A stretch of DNA of 60,000 nucleotides from Lytechinus pictus (lineage: Eukaryota). The position numbers were made by a program, and so were the translations under genes. The notes under the pieces were generated by a model. That model was not told where the DNA came from. It saw only the letters and a program-made list of their open reading frames with translations, and made no database searches. This document shows, in pieces, positions 11,660 to 24,810 of the stretch (positions are counted from its first letter, which is position 1; each line of letters starts with the position of its first letter). The stretch spans positions 24,802,001 through 24,862,000 of the forward strand of contig NC_087252.1 of the NCBI RefSeq assembly GCF_037042905.1, written 5' to 3'.

Positions 11660-14600
11660 TCATGACGACGTTTGAGCAACGGCGGTTCGTAGAGTCTTCT
11701 GAAGTACGTGTGCGTCGGCGGGTTCAATGCGTTTGTAGTAATGCTCTTTCGTCTCGATGATCTCAAATTCAAACTTTTTGTAGAAGTCAATGGCAGAATC
11801 GTTATTGACCTGGACATGTCTAGATGAAGGAGAGAAAACATTAATCAACAGTAAATTGTGTAATTTATTCAAATTAATGATAAAAATAATGATAATTACT
11901 GTACAGTGACTAATTTTATAGCACATAGGAAAAAAAACTTTTTGTGCTTCATGTTGCTTGCGGGCCACTGCAAAAAGAAAACAAAAGAAAACAAGATCCG
12001 GAGTTTGAGGTTCAACGAGGCATAAGATACGCAATTCTGCGCAATTTCAGTGAAAATATGAAGCATTCCGGGAAAAATGGTGTCCAAGAAACTCTATAAT
12101 CTTGTCTTATATCAAAAGGAAAAAGAAAGTACATGTACTTGCAGCAAACAATTATTTCCTGAGATGGTCTTATAAATCAAGATTAATTGTCACCAAATTA
12201 TCATATATCCAGATCTGGTATATTAATATAACCTTATCTTTATGAAATCATGAAATCTTTGCTCAAAACTGATAATTTGGAGGAAAACTAACACATAAAA
12301 GCATATGTGGAACAGTGTATTAATATTGCTTCGAAAAATACCAGAAATTCGATGGTCTTGCATGCTTATTATGCTCATTTCTCAGCAATGACACATTTTC
12401 TTTGAAAGCCATTTGGCACATATTTTTTATTTGTCTTTTATTTATTTGATTAATTTAGACTTTTTCACATGATTTTTTTTTTCTGTAACGTACCCAAATA
12501 CCATGAAAAGAACTAGAAAATCAACAATGATCTTCATGTTTCAAACAACCCAAGTTCTGCTCTTACATGTACATCAATAGTATGGTTAGAGTGAATTTCA
12601 AAATAACTTACAAGTATATATTATCAATGCGTCCATCCTTCTCGCAGAAATCTAGAACATGTTTGAGCATCATGGTGCCTATAAAAAAAAAAAAAAAAAA
12701 AAAAAAGAGATTGGTATTGGAATTACATAATCACAGGACTACTACTCTCTCGACTGAATTACAGTGAAGTGAGTTCATGCACTATTAGCGGAACTTAAGT
12801 TCCAAGCATTTCTTTTGATTGAAAGTCTCTAAACATAATGAAATTGATATTACGTATCCGACATTTATAGATCTGCACAAAAATCAGAGTCTCATCTATC
12901 CTGCAGGAATCCTGCAAGTGTCTTTTCATTACAAATCATCACAGTCACCATAGACAGGGACTCAGTTTTATAATCATGAGGGGAGCAATAAAAAGCTCTC
13001 CTAAAACTTTTAAGGGGAGCATTAGCGGAGCACTACAAAAAGCTCTCCTTTGACATACAAGGGGGGCTCTCTTGTCCGATTTCAAAATGGATGGAGGAAC
13101 GTACGCTAAGTTACAACCCACAACCAAAGGAGACAAACAATCAGATATACATGTAGATCTATGCAATATTTATCTCATTGAACTTTTTAATGTCATTCTT
13201 GCAAGTGTGTTTAATTGCTTACAATATAATTGTGTAGTATTCACACAACCTTGACAGCGAATGAAGTTTTCAAGGATGACTCGAACAGTTTGGTCATCGA
13301 CTGACAATCTTGTTAAGCAATTGCTGAGGCGAGTGATAAATCGCTCTACCAAAAATGGATTAAGGAGAGCGGTAGCGAGTGATCACTCTCACTCCCCTTA
13401 AAACTGAGTCCCTGCATAGACATAACAATCGGGACTGCAGAAAAGCTGCTATGAAAAGATGCATCAGCATCTTTAGAATAAGCCAGTTCACGGTTAGCTC
13501 ATGATCAACTTGGTCTCAAATGACCTTTCTGATTTTTCATTAGGATAAGCAAGTCTACCATTTTCAAATGTAGATGTTGCGTAAGCTTTACGGTAGAGTA
13601 TTCAAGACCAGGTGACTAGAATAGTACATCAGGGATAAAGTTTGGAAATCTGTTTTATTGTCTGCCTTTGGCACATTTGACTATTGTTTAGGCTACTGTC
13701 GAATACCAGTGATTATGAAGGCTCTATTTATTACTCTTCAGAACTGTTGCTCGGCTAGCGCCATGAGCGTCTACTGACGGTGTGCGCGCTCTACAAATAT
13801 ACACTATTATTATTATTATTATTATTCAGCTTGGATGCGATAAAATGAATATTTTGAAAGGAATACATGAATAATCATCAAATCACCAATGCCTGTCAGT
13901 GAATTTTAAAGTCACCTTCATGGTTTATCTCAAATGACCTTTTTCTGCTCGTGCGCAGTTTACAGCCGTGAACAGGCAGGCTTATAGGAGCCCTGCTAAA
14001 AGACATGACAGAGACTCATGACAAGTTGCCTAATAGGGCGTAGTCACACTGACCAGTCTACTGGTGGCCGATAGACACTGCCAGTTTCCAGGACCAGTAT
14101 CATGTTTGTAAACTGTACGCAAGCCAGACTAAGTCTGGTTGGCGGCTGACTTAGATTTAAGCAAAATACTTAGCCAACAATGCAATGCAATACCAAACAC
14201 GGACTTATGCAAAATACTAAGTAAAAATACTTAAAATTCTGGATTAAGTATTGAATTGAATACCAGTCCTGGTGGGTGTTTCATAAAGCTGTTCGTAAGT
14301 TAAGAGCGACTGGTGATCCTTTCTTATGCGCTAAATAATCACCAACAAATAATGGTGAACGTCATTTACCACAAGAAAGGATCACCAGTCGTTCTTAAAG
14401 TCGCTCTTAACTTATGAACAGCTTTATGAAACGGGCCCCGGGGCAACTTTCTATTAAAAGATGAGTGGATGAAACAAAAAAGTACAAAAGTAATTGACGG
14501 TGTCAAAGACCTTGACAACTGACCAATTTAATAACTTACTATGTACATGTAACTTCCTCAGTTTTATATGATATTATGAACTGAGTGGTACTATGGGAAT

Positions 14601-17600
14601 AAGATTACAGTGTACCATTACGTATCATGCAGGAATATTTTTTGCTTGAATTTATATGCCTGTTTAACATGTTTCACCCTGCCATATTTGTCAAGTACAG
14701 CTACATGTACATCTATTACACGTACCAATCTCTGCTTCTCAACCAAAGATGGCATTACAATTCCGGTGTTTTTCAGTGGACTAATGATTTCCAAGCTGGC
14801 AAATTCAAATTAAAGGTCAAGTCCACCCCAGAAAAATGTTGATTGGAATAGAGAAAAATCAAACTAGCACAACACTGAAAATTTCATCAAAATCGGATGT
14901 AAAATAAGAAAGTTATGGCATTTTAAAGTTTCGCTTATTTTTCACAAAACAGTGATATGCACAACTTAGTGACATGCAAATGATACCCCTTTCATATTGC
15001 GCCATTCACCGGCGAAGTTCGCCAGCGAAGGGGAAAGTGTCCAGTATGAAAGGTACACAGGAGAACTTCACCGGTGAAGTTCGCCGGTGAACTTCTCCAC
15101 CTCTAGAGGTGGAGAACTTCGCCGGCGAAACTGTTTCACCGGCGAAGTTCGCCGGTGAAAAGGCCAGTATGAAAGCAAACCGGAGAACTTCTCCTCTTAA
15201 ATGACGTCAGAGGTCAATTTTTTTTCTCTCCCGAAGTCCCCTGCACCGAGATTCCGCGCGCGATAGTTGCAAGCTGAGCTGAATGCTATGGCCAAGTAGA
15301 TACCCTCGAATTTTTTATTTTTTTACTAACAATATTTATTAAAAAGCACTTTTTACATGTATAAAATGCGCTAAGATATAAAAACAAGGTGATATTGTTT
15401 GTTTTTATCGTAATACTTCCAAAATATGTTGTAATTAATTTTTTTGATACCTTTTTGTAATAGGTAAGAAGTAATGTTTACAATTTTCTTTCGTTTGTTC
15501 TGCAATCGCCCGTTGACTTTCGCCGGGGAAGAAATGTCAGTGCGAAAGGGTACATTTTTTTCTTCGCCGGGGAAGTGAGGAATGCGAGGCGGAGAAGTTC
15601 GCCGGCGAAGTTCGCCGGTAAAAAATGAAGAGGGCAGTATGAAAGGGGTATGAGACAGTCGATGATGTCCCTCACTCACTTGTTTTTTGTTTGAATTATA
15701 CAATATTTCATTTTTTACGAATTTGACAATAAGGGCCTACTTGACTGAACCATATTGTATTAAACAATGCAAATTCCACACGTTTTTTCATTTGGCAATG
15801 AGGAGGAAATTAGATTATTTCATAGATTATTTCATATTTCATATAATAATTTGTATGGTCTAAAGCAAAAATCACAGGCGCATGCTGTTTAAAGAAAGAC
15901 AAAATACTTTGACTCAGGCCTAATTACAATTGCTTGGAAAAAGACTCGTCTTTGAACAAATTACAATACTTACTCTAATAATAATAATAATAATAATAGC
16001 AGGGCCCGCTGGGAGAACAGTTTTCGGAACTGAAGCGGCTTCCCTGGGTAAACATACCTGTATTATTATTATTATTATTATTATTATAATAATAACTGAG
16101 CATCATACTCAATTTATACCAGAATAATTTGGCAATCTACATTAACTCACCTATCCCAAGTCTCCTGTATGGTGCAAGACATCCCAAGGTCATTATATAC
16201 AGACGTCTTGCTCCCTGTTCTGTTGTATCTATCCTACAGCACACTGCTCCGACAACAATGTCATTGTAATATGCTACCGGGGGGGAGAATAAAAATTTGT
16301 TCGAAATACAATAAAACTAATTTCAATAACTTAACATTGTAATAATTTTCTGCAAGTTAGATTTCTCTATGAACAATCTTTGTATAATTCATAAGTACTT
16401 CTCAAAGGGTGCTTTTCATCTGATGGCTTTGTTTGAATCTGAAGCTATACACAGTTCAAGTCAGTATTCTTTGATCATGGATGCCACTTAGAATTGATTT
16501 CCTTTTAAGTCTGAAAATCATCTAAGATGAGCCATTTTGTACATAATTTTATTTACATTTCTAAGGCTTAAAGTACGTTTTAAAAATCTGAATTCAGAGT
16601 TTTTATTCTAAAAAGAGGCATCCCTGTTTGATGTAAAAATTGACACTCCTGGGCCCTGTCTTACAAAGAGCTGCCAATGATCTGATCAATAACAACTATG
16701 GACGGCCAGCAATGTCAGCATCTAAAATACACGTTTGCTCAACACATTTTTAGATATGATGTATACCGGTATTCATACGTTCATCATTCTCTTGAAGATT
16801 CAGTGTGATTCTCTTTGTTTAGATTGTGCAAATTTCCTGTAGAACAAAAATTATGGTATGGATGGAATTCCATAGTTGAGATTGATTGGATCAATCGTAA
16901 CTCTAAGAATTTGAGACTAAACTGCTGACTGGGTTTATAGGTTCTAAAATCATCTTTCACTGAATTGGGTTAATGGGTCGACCAAAAGAGATCTTGATAT
17001 CAGCAAAATTCATTGGCCCAAATTCACAAAGGTGGTTTATAAAACCATCGGTTGAACCCTTGGTTTATGCAGATTTCCTGTATAAATTACGCTTATTTAC
17101 CGCGTATATTAAACAAAAATGTCCATTGTTGATGCGAGCTTTTGTCACAGTGTACCAAACTGACGCCTCATGCCATGGTTAAGTACGCTATTTTATTCAT
17201 GAAGAGTAGACTCATTAATTCAAAACAGTGGACTCGTGAATAACCATGGCAACAGGCGTCAATTAGGCGCACTGTGACAAAAGCGCGCATCAAGACTTGG
17301 ACATTTTTAATATACGGTATGGAATAAATAAACATAATTTATACAGGAAATCTGCATTAACCATGGGTTCAACCGATGATTTTAAAAACCACCTTTGTGA
17401 ATTTGGGCTATAGAGTTGATCGTTGAAAAAAAGGCATCCCTTTCTTCACTTGAAAATTTCTTTCCAGAATATGGCAGGCCAGCTATATGTGAATACCAAA
17501 CTTACTAAAACTACGAAGGATGCCCAATCAAAACTTAAAGGAAACCAAAACCCAAGAAGAGCAGTAATCTTGTTGGAAAGATTAAAATAAGAGGAACAAT

Positions 17601-19225
17601 TTAAAACAAGTTTAATCGGGTATGAAATATCAAAGCAAGTTATGGACGTTTAAAAAGTCTTAGTCTTGTTGTACTTTCTATGGGGATCCTCAAATTGGCA
17701 ATCAAGCTTCAAAATGGCTGATTTTGTGGCAACTTTCCATTTGTTTTGTACACAAATTTTCAGATTTTCCCATTTATTTTACAAATTTCACATTATCTCC
17801 TCCTGACCTTGACATATGTGGCGTGAGTTATGTTTTCCCATGACATATGTTATGTTCAGAAGGAGGCAAGATGCAATTTGAAAGATAAATGGGAAAAATC
17901 TGAAAATTTGTGTACAAAACAAATGGACAAAATCAGCAATTTTGAAGCATGTTTGCCAATTTGAGGATCCCCATAGAAAGTACAACAAGAGTTTTCATAC
18001 TTCCATAACTCGCTTATTTTATAACCGATTTTGATTAAACAAGTTTAAGATTGCTCCCCTCATTTTTTATTCTTTCTGATAGGATGGATTTTCTCCTTGT
18101 ATTTTGGTTTCTTTTAAACTTTTAAAAGAAAAAAATTACCAAGTTTAGCCAGTTCTCCTACTTCTAGGACATCTTTGTAGAATTTATCATTGTAAGATAC
18201 AGGGAAGACAACAGAGTTGAGTTTCTTCAGCTGCTTTATATTGTGGGAGGTAATGTCCCCTAGATCTTTTCTTCCTCTGTGAAAGAAATGAAACAGTCAA
18301 AAATAATTAATCCATTCGTACATGAACAATAATAACCAACAAGTGTTTGTTCTGCCGTCCCATGACAATTTTTTTTTTAAACAAGTGCACACCCAGTTAC
18401 CAATAATGCATATACTTACCATTTCCATTTATTTGAAAGCAGGATAAAAATTAAGAGCATTGCAGATTAAATGCCTTGCTCACGGGCATAGGTGGCGCGG
18501 CCGGGGATTGAACCCCGGGCTTTTCATGTACAGACAGGCGCCATAGACCACTCAGCCACAACCACGGCATGCCATGGATTTGGCCGATAGCAATTGCGGT
18601 CACTCAAGATTCACCACTACTGAACGCGTTAGCATTCCCCAGTCTGCGGCCGCCCTGTCTCCAGTGCGCGGTACAATGTACGCGAAGCAGGCCGGAGCTC
18701 CCTGGGTTAATAACAAGCCAGTCTTTCAACAAAAAAGGCAAGCATGAAAAACTTCAAGTTCAAGTCTTTTCTTCTGTTCAGCTCAGCCTCACTCAGTTCT
18801 ATTTAATTTGTCTTTAAATTATTAAAAAAGTCATTGATTTTCTTTATTCTCCAACTTTTCTACATAGAACACACAGGGGTACCGTCTTTGTAGATTGAAT
18901 TCATGAAAAGTTTTCGGTAAATGCCAACACGAGTCAATGTCTTAACGTTAAACTTATGCTTTCTTAATGTTATGCCAATGAATGGGGCCGTATGACGCAG
19001 ACCATAAGGCCCAGAACTGCAGGCCGCTGGAGCGGGCATTGACTTCAACGTTTTACCGCTGGCTCGGAGAAAATCCCCGCACTCAAGTCGGGACGATAGA
19101 CAAGTGAAACAAGTTTGGATTTCAGATTATTGGACAGAAAATTTATATTGTATTTAATTGGCTAGGAATCCAAACATATCATTAAACAAATTAAGTTGAA
19201 ATAATCGATTGACTTACTTCGTCAT
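11660..19225 (-). CDS. NAA50: N-alpha-acetyltransferase 50 (NatE catalytic subunit, San), complete, 5 coding exons, 164 aa
   Basis: Exons 19225-19218, 18276-18140, 16273-16151, 12678-12612 and 11819-11660 are all GT-AG and in phase (495 nt). They give MTKGRKDLGDITSHNIKQLKKLNSVVFPVSYNDKFYKDVLEVGELAKLAYYNDIVVGAVCCRIDTTEQGARRLYIMTLGCLAPYRRLGIGTMMLKHVLDFCEKDGRIDNIYLHVQVNNDSAIDFYKKFEFEIIETKEHYYKRIEPADAHVLQKTLRTAVAQTSS*, which is recognisably NAA50. Confidence 0.97.
12955..13414. mobile_element. TIR MITE in an NAA50 intron
   Basis: CATAGA|CAGGGACTCAGTTTTA ... TAAAACTGAGTCCCTG|CATAGA: perfect 16-bp TIR with a 6-bp flanking direct repeat. Confidence 0.8.
14272..14438. mobile_element. Short Harbinger-like MITE
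   Basis: GTTTCATAAAGCTGTTCGTAAGTTAAGAGCGAC / GTCGCTCTTAACTTATGAACAGCTTTATGAAAC inverted repeats. Confidence 0.8.
14814..15850. mobile_element. Kolobok-like MITE, family B (right end truncated), interrupted by a nested element
   Basis: Starts TTAA|AGGTCAAGTCCACCCCAGAAAAATGTTG and is colinear with 50823-51417 on both sides of the 14984-15650 insert. Confidence 0.78.
14984..15650. mobile_element. PIF/Harbinger-like MITE nested in a Kolobok-like MITE
   Basis: TGA|TACCCCTTTCATA ... TATGAAAGGGGTA|TGA with a 3-bp TSD; many CCGGCGAAGTTCGCCGG subterminal motifs. The empty site is seen in other family B copies. Confidence 0.85.
15977..16096 (+). repeat. Probable LINE 3' tail fragment between (AAT)n and (ATT)n microsatellites
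   Basis: A short GC-richer stem-loop-like segment, CAGGG...CAGTTTTCGGAACTG...CCCTG, ends in (ATT)n. Confidence 0.45.
16652..16905. mobile_element. Second, inverted and truncated copy of the 4988-5251 MITE
   Basis: Starts GGCCCTGTCTTACAAAGAGCT; the internal sequence is the reverse complement of 5005-5251. Confidence 0.75.
17014..17410. mobile_element. Hairpin-forming MITE with ~180-bp imperfect inverted arms
   Basis: GCCCAAATTCACAAAGGTGGTTT ... AAACCACCTTTGTGAATTTGGGC; ATGCAGATTTCCTGTATAAATTA / TAATTTATACAGGAAATCTGCAT. Confidence 0.85.
17539..18113. mobile_element. Kolobok-like MITE
   Basis: TTAA|AGGAAACCAAAA ... TTTTGGTTTCTT|TTAA; internal inverted GTACTTTCTATGGGGATCCTCAAATTGGCAA. Confidence 0.78.
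18369..18570 (-). mobile_element. tRNA-derived SINE
   Basis: The minus strand has A-box TGGCTGAGTGG, B-box GGTTCAATCCC and an A-rich tail. A closely related copy lies at 45495-45685. Confidence 0.82.
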
Positions 19226-19629
19226 GTTGCTGAAATACAATTTTCACCTTGCTCAACTGTCTCTATCTTCGAGAAATGGTGAAACGTGATGAGCTGAGCT
19301 AGCTCTGAATTAGGATTGAACCAGTCGGACGAATTTATAAAATTACGCAGTGGAAAAGAGTTCGTTTTATAGCAACTATATCTTTATTTTTAACTTTTGG
19401 ATTTGATGATTTTCAAATAATCATTAAATCAATGTATTTTTACTTTTTGTTTTACATTACAACACGGATTTTAAAAGGAAAAACATTAATGTAAAACTAT
19501 AATTTCCCTGCGAGTAAGACTAGGATCTAAATGACGCGCGCTTCCAATTTGCGCGCGCAACACAGCGGCCACAATTTGCATATAAAAAAGGTTGGGGCAG
19601 TCGGGGGCCTTAATTGCCCCCCCCCCCCA

Positions 19630-19965
19630 TCCCCGAAAAAGGGAGAAAGGGAAGGGGAAGAAAATGAAGGAAAAAGTGGAGAAAGAGGAAAAGGAAAGGA
19701 AAGGGATCGTGAAAACAGGAAAGAGAAAGTGAGAGAGAAAAGAGAAGGAAAAGATAGGATCGAGGGAAATAGAAGGAAAACTAGGAAGGTTGAGAGAGAA
19801 AAAAAGAGAAAAGAGGAGAGAGAAGGGGGAAGGAAGGAAAAACAGAGAGAAAATAAAAAAAGGAAGGAAAAGGGGGAGAGAGAGAGGAAAGAAAGGAAGG
19901 AAAGATGGGGAAAGAGAGAGTAGGAAAGGGAGCGAGGAAAATATCGAGGGAAAAGGGGTGAGAGA
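19630..19965. repeat. Polypurine (GA-rich) low-complexity tract
   Basis: A/G-dominated composition; a similar tract lies at 24900-25230. Confidence 0.85.
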
Positions 19966-20144
19966 TATTCAATAGACCAGTTTACTAACATATTCAAGTT
20001 TTATGCATACCAGTTTAACAAAGGTTGCCTCTAACAACCGGAAAGCTTGCCCGAGGTTTGCCCGACATAGCAACAACTAATTTATGCAAAGTGGATTCCA
20101 AGTATTGAAATACCATTGTTAGGTATAGGTTAATGGAATAACTC

Positions 20145-23100
20145 GTATCCGGACATCTACCCCCTGGGCATCCACCCCCCGGACATCCACCACCCGGACA
20201 TCCACCCCCCGGACATCCACCCCCTTAGGACATCTACCCCCTAGGACAAGTACCCCCTAGGACATCTACCCCCCGGACATTTACCCCCCGAACAAGTACC
20301 CCCCGGACATCTACCCCCCGGACATCTACCCCCCGGACATCTACCCCCCGGACATCTACCCCCCGGACATCTACCCCCCGGACATCTACCCCCCGGACAT
20401 TTACCCCCCGGACATCTTCCCCCCGGACATCTACCCCCCGGACATCTACCCCCGGACATTTACCCCCCGGACATCTACCCCCCGGACATTTACCCCCGGA
20501 CATTTACCCCCCGGACATCTACCCCCCCCCCCGGACGCGAAATTATTTTTCCCACCGAGTTCTGGACCAACATTTGAATATTCATGACTTGCGTCTTCGG
20601 ATTGAGAGTACGCATGCGCGTGGACTTGGCCTCCACCAGTGCCGATCGTAAGCATTCACGTTGCTCAGAACGAATTAGCATCGTCAAATTACCGGTACCC
20701 TTACATAGTTACATAGGTCTTATAGGCTTAGATCTATATATATATATATATATATATATATCCAATTCTTAAACACTTAATAAACTAGCTGCCATTAATG
20801 ACAAGACATGTGCTAGGGTAACTTTACCTCAAATCTGGACCTGTCTAATTAATGCCTAGTACTAATCAGTGTTGTAGTGCCTTGATGCTCGGCCTTGGCC
20901 TTAAGGCGCCTTAATGCCTACTTTTTCAAAGCCTTGGCCTTGAGAGGGCCTTGGCCTTGAGGATTTCGAGCCTTCAAATTTTAAGGCATTTTCAAGGCAT
21001 TTTGTATTTTGTACTTTCATTTGTTTTAAATAAGTAATTATAAATGTTTCAATTGTTTTATATATATATATATTTAATAACACTAATGGTCAATACTACC
21101 AATCACCAGTAACAGTAGCAGCAGCATTAGTAAGTGTACTAGCAGTGTCATCAATTGTAATTGTCACCATTATCAAGAAATTCAAACAAAGAATACATCA
21201 TTTATGAAAAATAGCATTATGTATTGGTGATAATGACAGTAAATAATAATGGTCATGATCAAGATAATAGTGCTTTGATGACAAGAATAATTTTTACATC
21301 TGACTGCAATTTTGACAACAATTTTCATACTTTAAACATAGCTAACTCTAAAGAACGATAACAAGGTTGATTTCTATTCCATTAGGATTTTCCTTGTATT
21401 ATTTTCTTTGGCCAACAAGAATGTTTTAAGTCTTAATGATATTCTGAAAAGATTTGGTAAACTTGAACACAGTCTCCAATTTTGTCATATCCAAATGGGT
21501 TATGTCAATGGCATGATGAGCCAGAAACTTTAAGGGGCCAAGCATGGCATATAGAGCAAAATTTCTGTCAAAAAAAAGAAGAAAGCGATTGAAGCGAGCG
21601 AGTGAACAAAATTTGTCCCCCTCTTTCTATAAAAAAAAGCTAATTTTGCAATAGATTGTTTAAAAAATAATATCACATTTACTCCATCTTTTCCTTTCCC
21701 TTTCCCCCTTGTCTAAGTTTATTCTTGGTGGTGGTACTTCTTCTTCTCTCTATCTCTCTTCTAAATTTTATATTTGTTTTGGGTCAGATTGACAAAACAA
21801 AGGGGAAAAATGTTTACTTCTTTTTAATCATATATCGTTCAACATTGAATCTCATTTCTCTACAGTTTCAAGGAGATAAACAACGTATTTGTTTTTGTGT
21901 CAATATGGTTTCAAGAAATAATAACAAAAAATAATTTAATAATTAATAATTATTAATATTATCAATAAGTATTAATAATTAATGATTAATCAACAGCCCT
22001 GTTTAATAAAAGTGGCTGTAAGCAGAAAAAAATATAAAAACTGACAAGAGTCCTAAAAATGACTCATTTTCAGTTTAAGCATAAGTGAAAATTTTAGCTT
22101 GCGCTTTGTGCTCTCTTGCCTCCCCCCCCCCCCGCATCAATTATTGTACTCGTTTTCTTCCCGTTCACAAAAAAAAATGCTTAGAATGTCCAGTTTTCAG
22201 GTTGGAATATCACAAATTTTTGAGCTCGCGCTTTGCGCTCGCATTATTTTTATTGGTGAGTTATGTATCTTATTTAAAATGCAGTAATTAACTGCTTAAT
22301 TAACTGCTTCATTTACTGGTCAGTATATAAAAAAAATTATCGAGCGCAAAGTTATTTTTTAGTTAGATACACATCTTTTTCATGATTACAAAACCAGCTC
22401 AGAATAAAATAATTTCCATGTCTTATTACACGACATGTCAAGAAGTTTGAACTGGTGATTCGCGCTGGCAACATCGCGCAAGGAAATTTCAACAATGATT
22501 AGCCCCATGATTGACCATAAATCAAGTTTTACAACTTCAGAATTGATTTTTTTTTCAAAACCGCTTGCTCGCTATGCTTTCTCGCTGAGAAGTAAAACCT
22601 AAAGCAAAATATCTATCTTATAATTAAAAATCACTTTAGAAAGCCTTTGCTCAACTTAATTTCTACAAAACACACAATATTACTTCACGCAGTTCATAAT
22701 CTCATTTTGAAAATACATGTATCTGTTTGCACAAAAAAACTAATTTTGATAAATGGGTGCCTTTTTGGCGTTGACCCCCCCCCCCCCAATAATAATTTTC
22801 TGCTGCCCCTGTCCCAGGGAGTGGAGAAAAACATACGTTGAGAATGCCAGGATCAGATGACCGTGGTAATAATAATTGTTGCAATGTAAATCGCCTATAG
22901 AAAAATTATGGATTATGTGTACACAGGTAAATATATCATTATTTTAATATGTCTCTATCATGAAATTATTTTTGTTTTAAATGTACAAAGGTTAATTTTT
23001 TTTTCTCGCTCAGTCCCCTCGCTCACATACATTTTACCATGTGTGATGTCTGCCGCCTAAGTATTGTTAGTTCACTGTTCTGTATATCGTAAGTTTGAAA

Positions 23101-24810
23101 TGCCTTGGCCTTGGGTTTTCAGGCCTTGGCCTTGGGTTTCCATGCCTTGGCCTTGACTTTTGGTATTGAAGCCTTGGCATTGGCCTTGGAGGTTTGAGCC
23201 TTGACTACAACACTGAATAGCCGACTAATGCCATGGTTAACTTCGAACTGGTTAATTCCGAACTCCACGTTTAATTAGGTTTAGACAAATATTAGCTTAT
23301 TTGCCATGGTTTAATATGTCTAGTCCGTATACAAAACCAGTCCTAGATCAAAAAAAAAATTATCTTAGTTCTAGTCTAGTCTTTATATCTCGACTCTGAT
23401 CTACGCTGTATCAGCATGGAACCACTAGTGTACCAAGGGGGGGGGGGGGACTGTCCCTCTGACGAGTCACAACTGATTCAGGGGACGTGCCCCCTTTGAG
23501 AAGCCAAATTAATAATTTGTAATGTAAAAATACAATGAAAAAGACGTATGTCCCCTTTTTTTAACGTGATGAAGATCTTTTTTTTTTTTTGCTTGTCAAT
23601 TTTTTTTTCAGCTAAGAAATCCATAATTTGGGGCGAGACCCTTTTTTTTTTTGGGGGGGGGGGGGCTTGTCACATTTTTTTCGCGGACGAAATATCCTCT
23701 AAAAAATTTGCCCCCCTTTTGGAAAATCCTAGGTACACCAGTGCGTGCATGGAACGTATTCTAACGTCAGTGATCTTGATCCCCGTCTTCACCCAAAATT
23801 AAGGATTTCGTAGCTGAAAAAAATTTGACAAGAAAAAAAAAAAAAGATCTTCACGTTCAAAAGAGGGGACATACGTCTTTTTTCGTTGCATTTTGACATT
23901 ACAAATTATTAATTTGGCTTCTCAAGGGGGGGGGGGCACGTCCCCTGGATAAGTTGTGACTCGTCAGGGGGCAGTCTGCCCCCCCCCCCTTTTGGTACAC
24001 TAGTGGTTCCATTTTGATAGCGCGTAGATCAGAGTCTAGATCTAGAGACTAGACTAGAACTAAGATATTTTTTTTTTTAGATCTAGGACTGGTTCTGTAT
24101 ACGGACTAGACATGGTAAATAAGCTAATATTCGTCCAAACCTAATCAAACGTAAAGTTCGGAATTAACCAATTCGAAGTTAACCATGGCATTAGTGGGCT
24201 ATTCCTATTAGTATTAGGCATTAGACAGGTCCAGATTTGAGGTAAAGTTAATGCGCTGGCCTAAGCTAGCCCTACCCTAGCACATGTCTTGCCATTAATG
24301 GCAGCTAGTTTGATAAGTGTTTAAGAATTGGATAGATCTAAGCCCATAAGGCCTATGTAACTGTGTAAGGGTACCGGTAATTTGACGATGCTAATTCATT
24401 CTGAGCAACGTGAATGCTTACGATCGGCACTGGTGGAGGCCAAGTCCACGCGCATGCGTACTCTCAATCCGAAGACGCAAGTCATGAATATTCATATGTC
24501 GGTCCAGAACTCGGTGGGAAAAATAATTTCGCCCCCCGGACATCTACCCCCCGGATATTTACCCCCGGACATTTACCCCCCGGACATCTACCCCCCCCCC
24601 CCCAGACAGGCTACCCCCGGGCATCTACTCACGGATATTTTGGATACGGGGGGGTAAATGTCCGGGGGGTAAATGTCCGGGGGGTAGATGTCCGGGGGGT
24701 ACTTGTCCTAGGGGGTAGATGTCCTAAGGGGGTGGATGTCCGGGGGGGGGTGGATGTCCGGGTGGTAGATGTCCGGGGGTGGATGTCCAGGGGGTAGATG
24801 TCCTAGAATC
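20145..24810. mobile_element. Mutator/foldback-like composite element with 15-bp subterminal tandem arrays
   Basis: 10-bp direct repeat GGAATAACTC at 20135-20144 and 24811-24820; G..C termini; (GGACATYTACCCCCC)n at the left end and its reverse complement at the right end; long inverted arms 20536-20866 + 23216-23640 versus 23785-24531. Confidence 0.82.
20867..23215. mobile_element. hAT-like non-autonomous element nested in the left arm of the foldback
   Basis: TIR CAGTGTTGTAGT / ACTACAACACTG; GGCCTT subterminal repeats at both ends; absent from the right arm. No clear 8-bp TSD. Confidence 0.75.

Noticed and set aside
18480..18570. tRNA genes (also 45600-45685 and 33985-34052)
   Set aside because: The A/B boxes continue into shared non-tRNA bodies with tails or TSDs; these are SINE heads, not tRNAs.
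20234..20687. ORFs with (CPGGR)n or (GVDVR)n repeats, and mirror ORFs at 24382-24797
   Set aside because: They are translations of the 15-bp subterminal array and inverted arms of the foldback element, open in several frames and without gene context.
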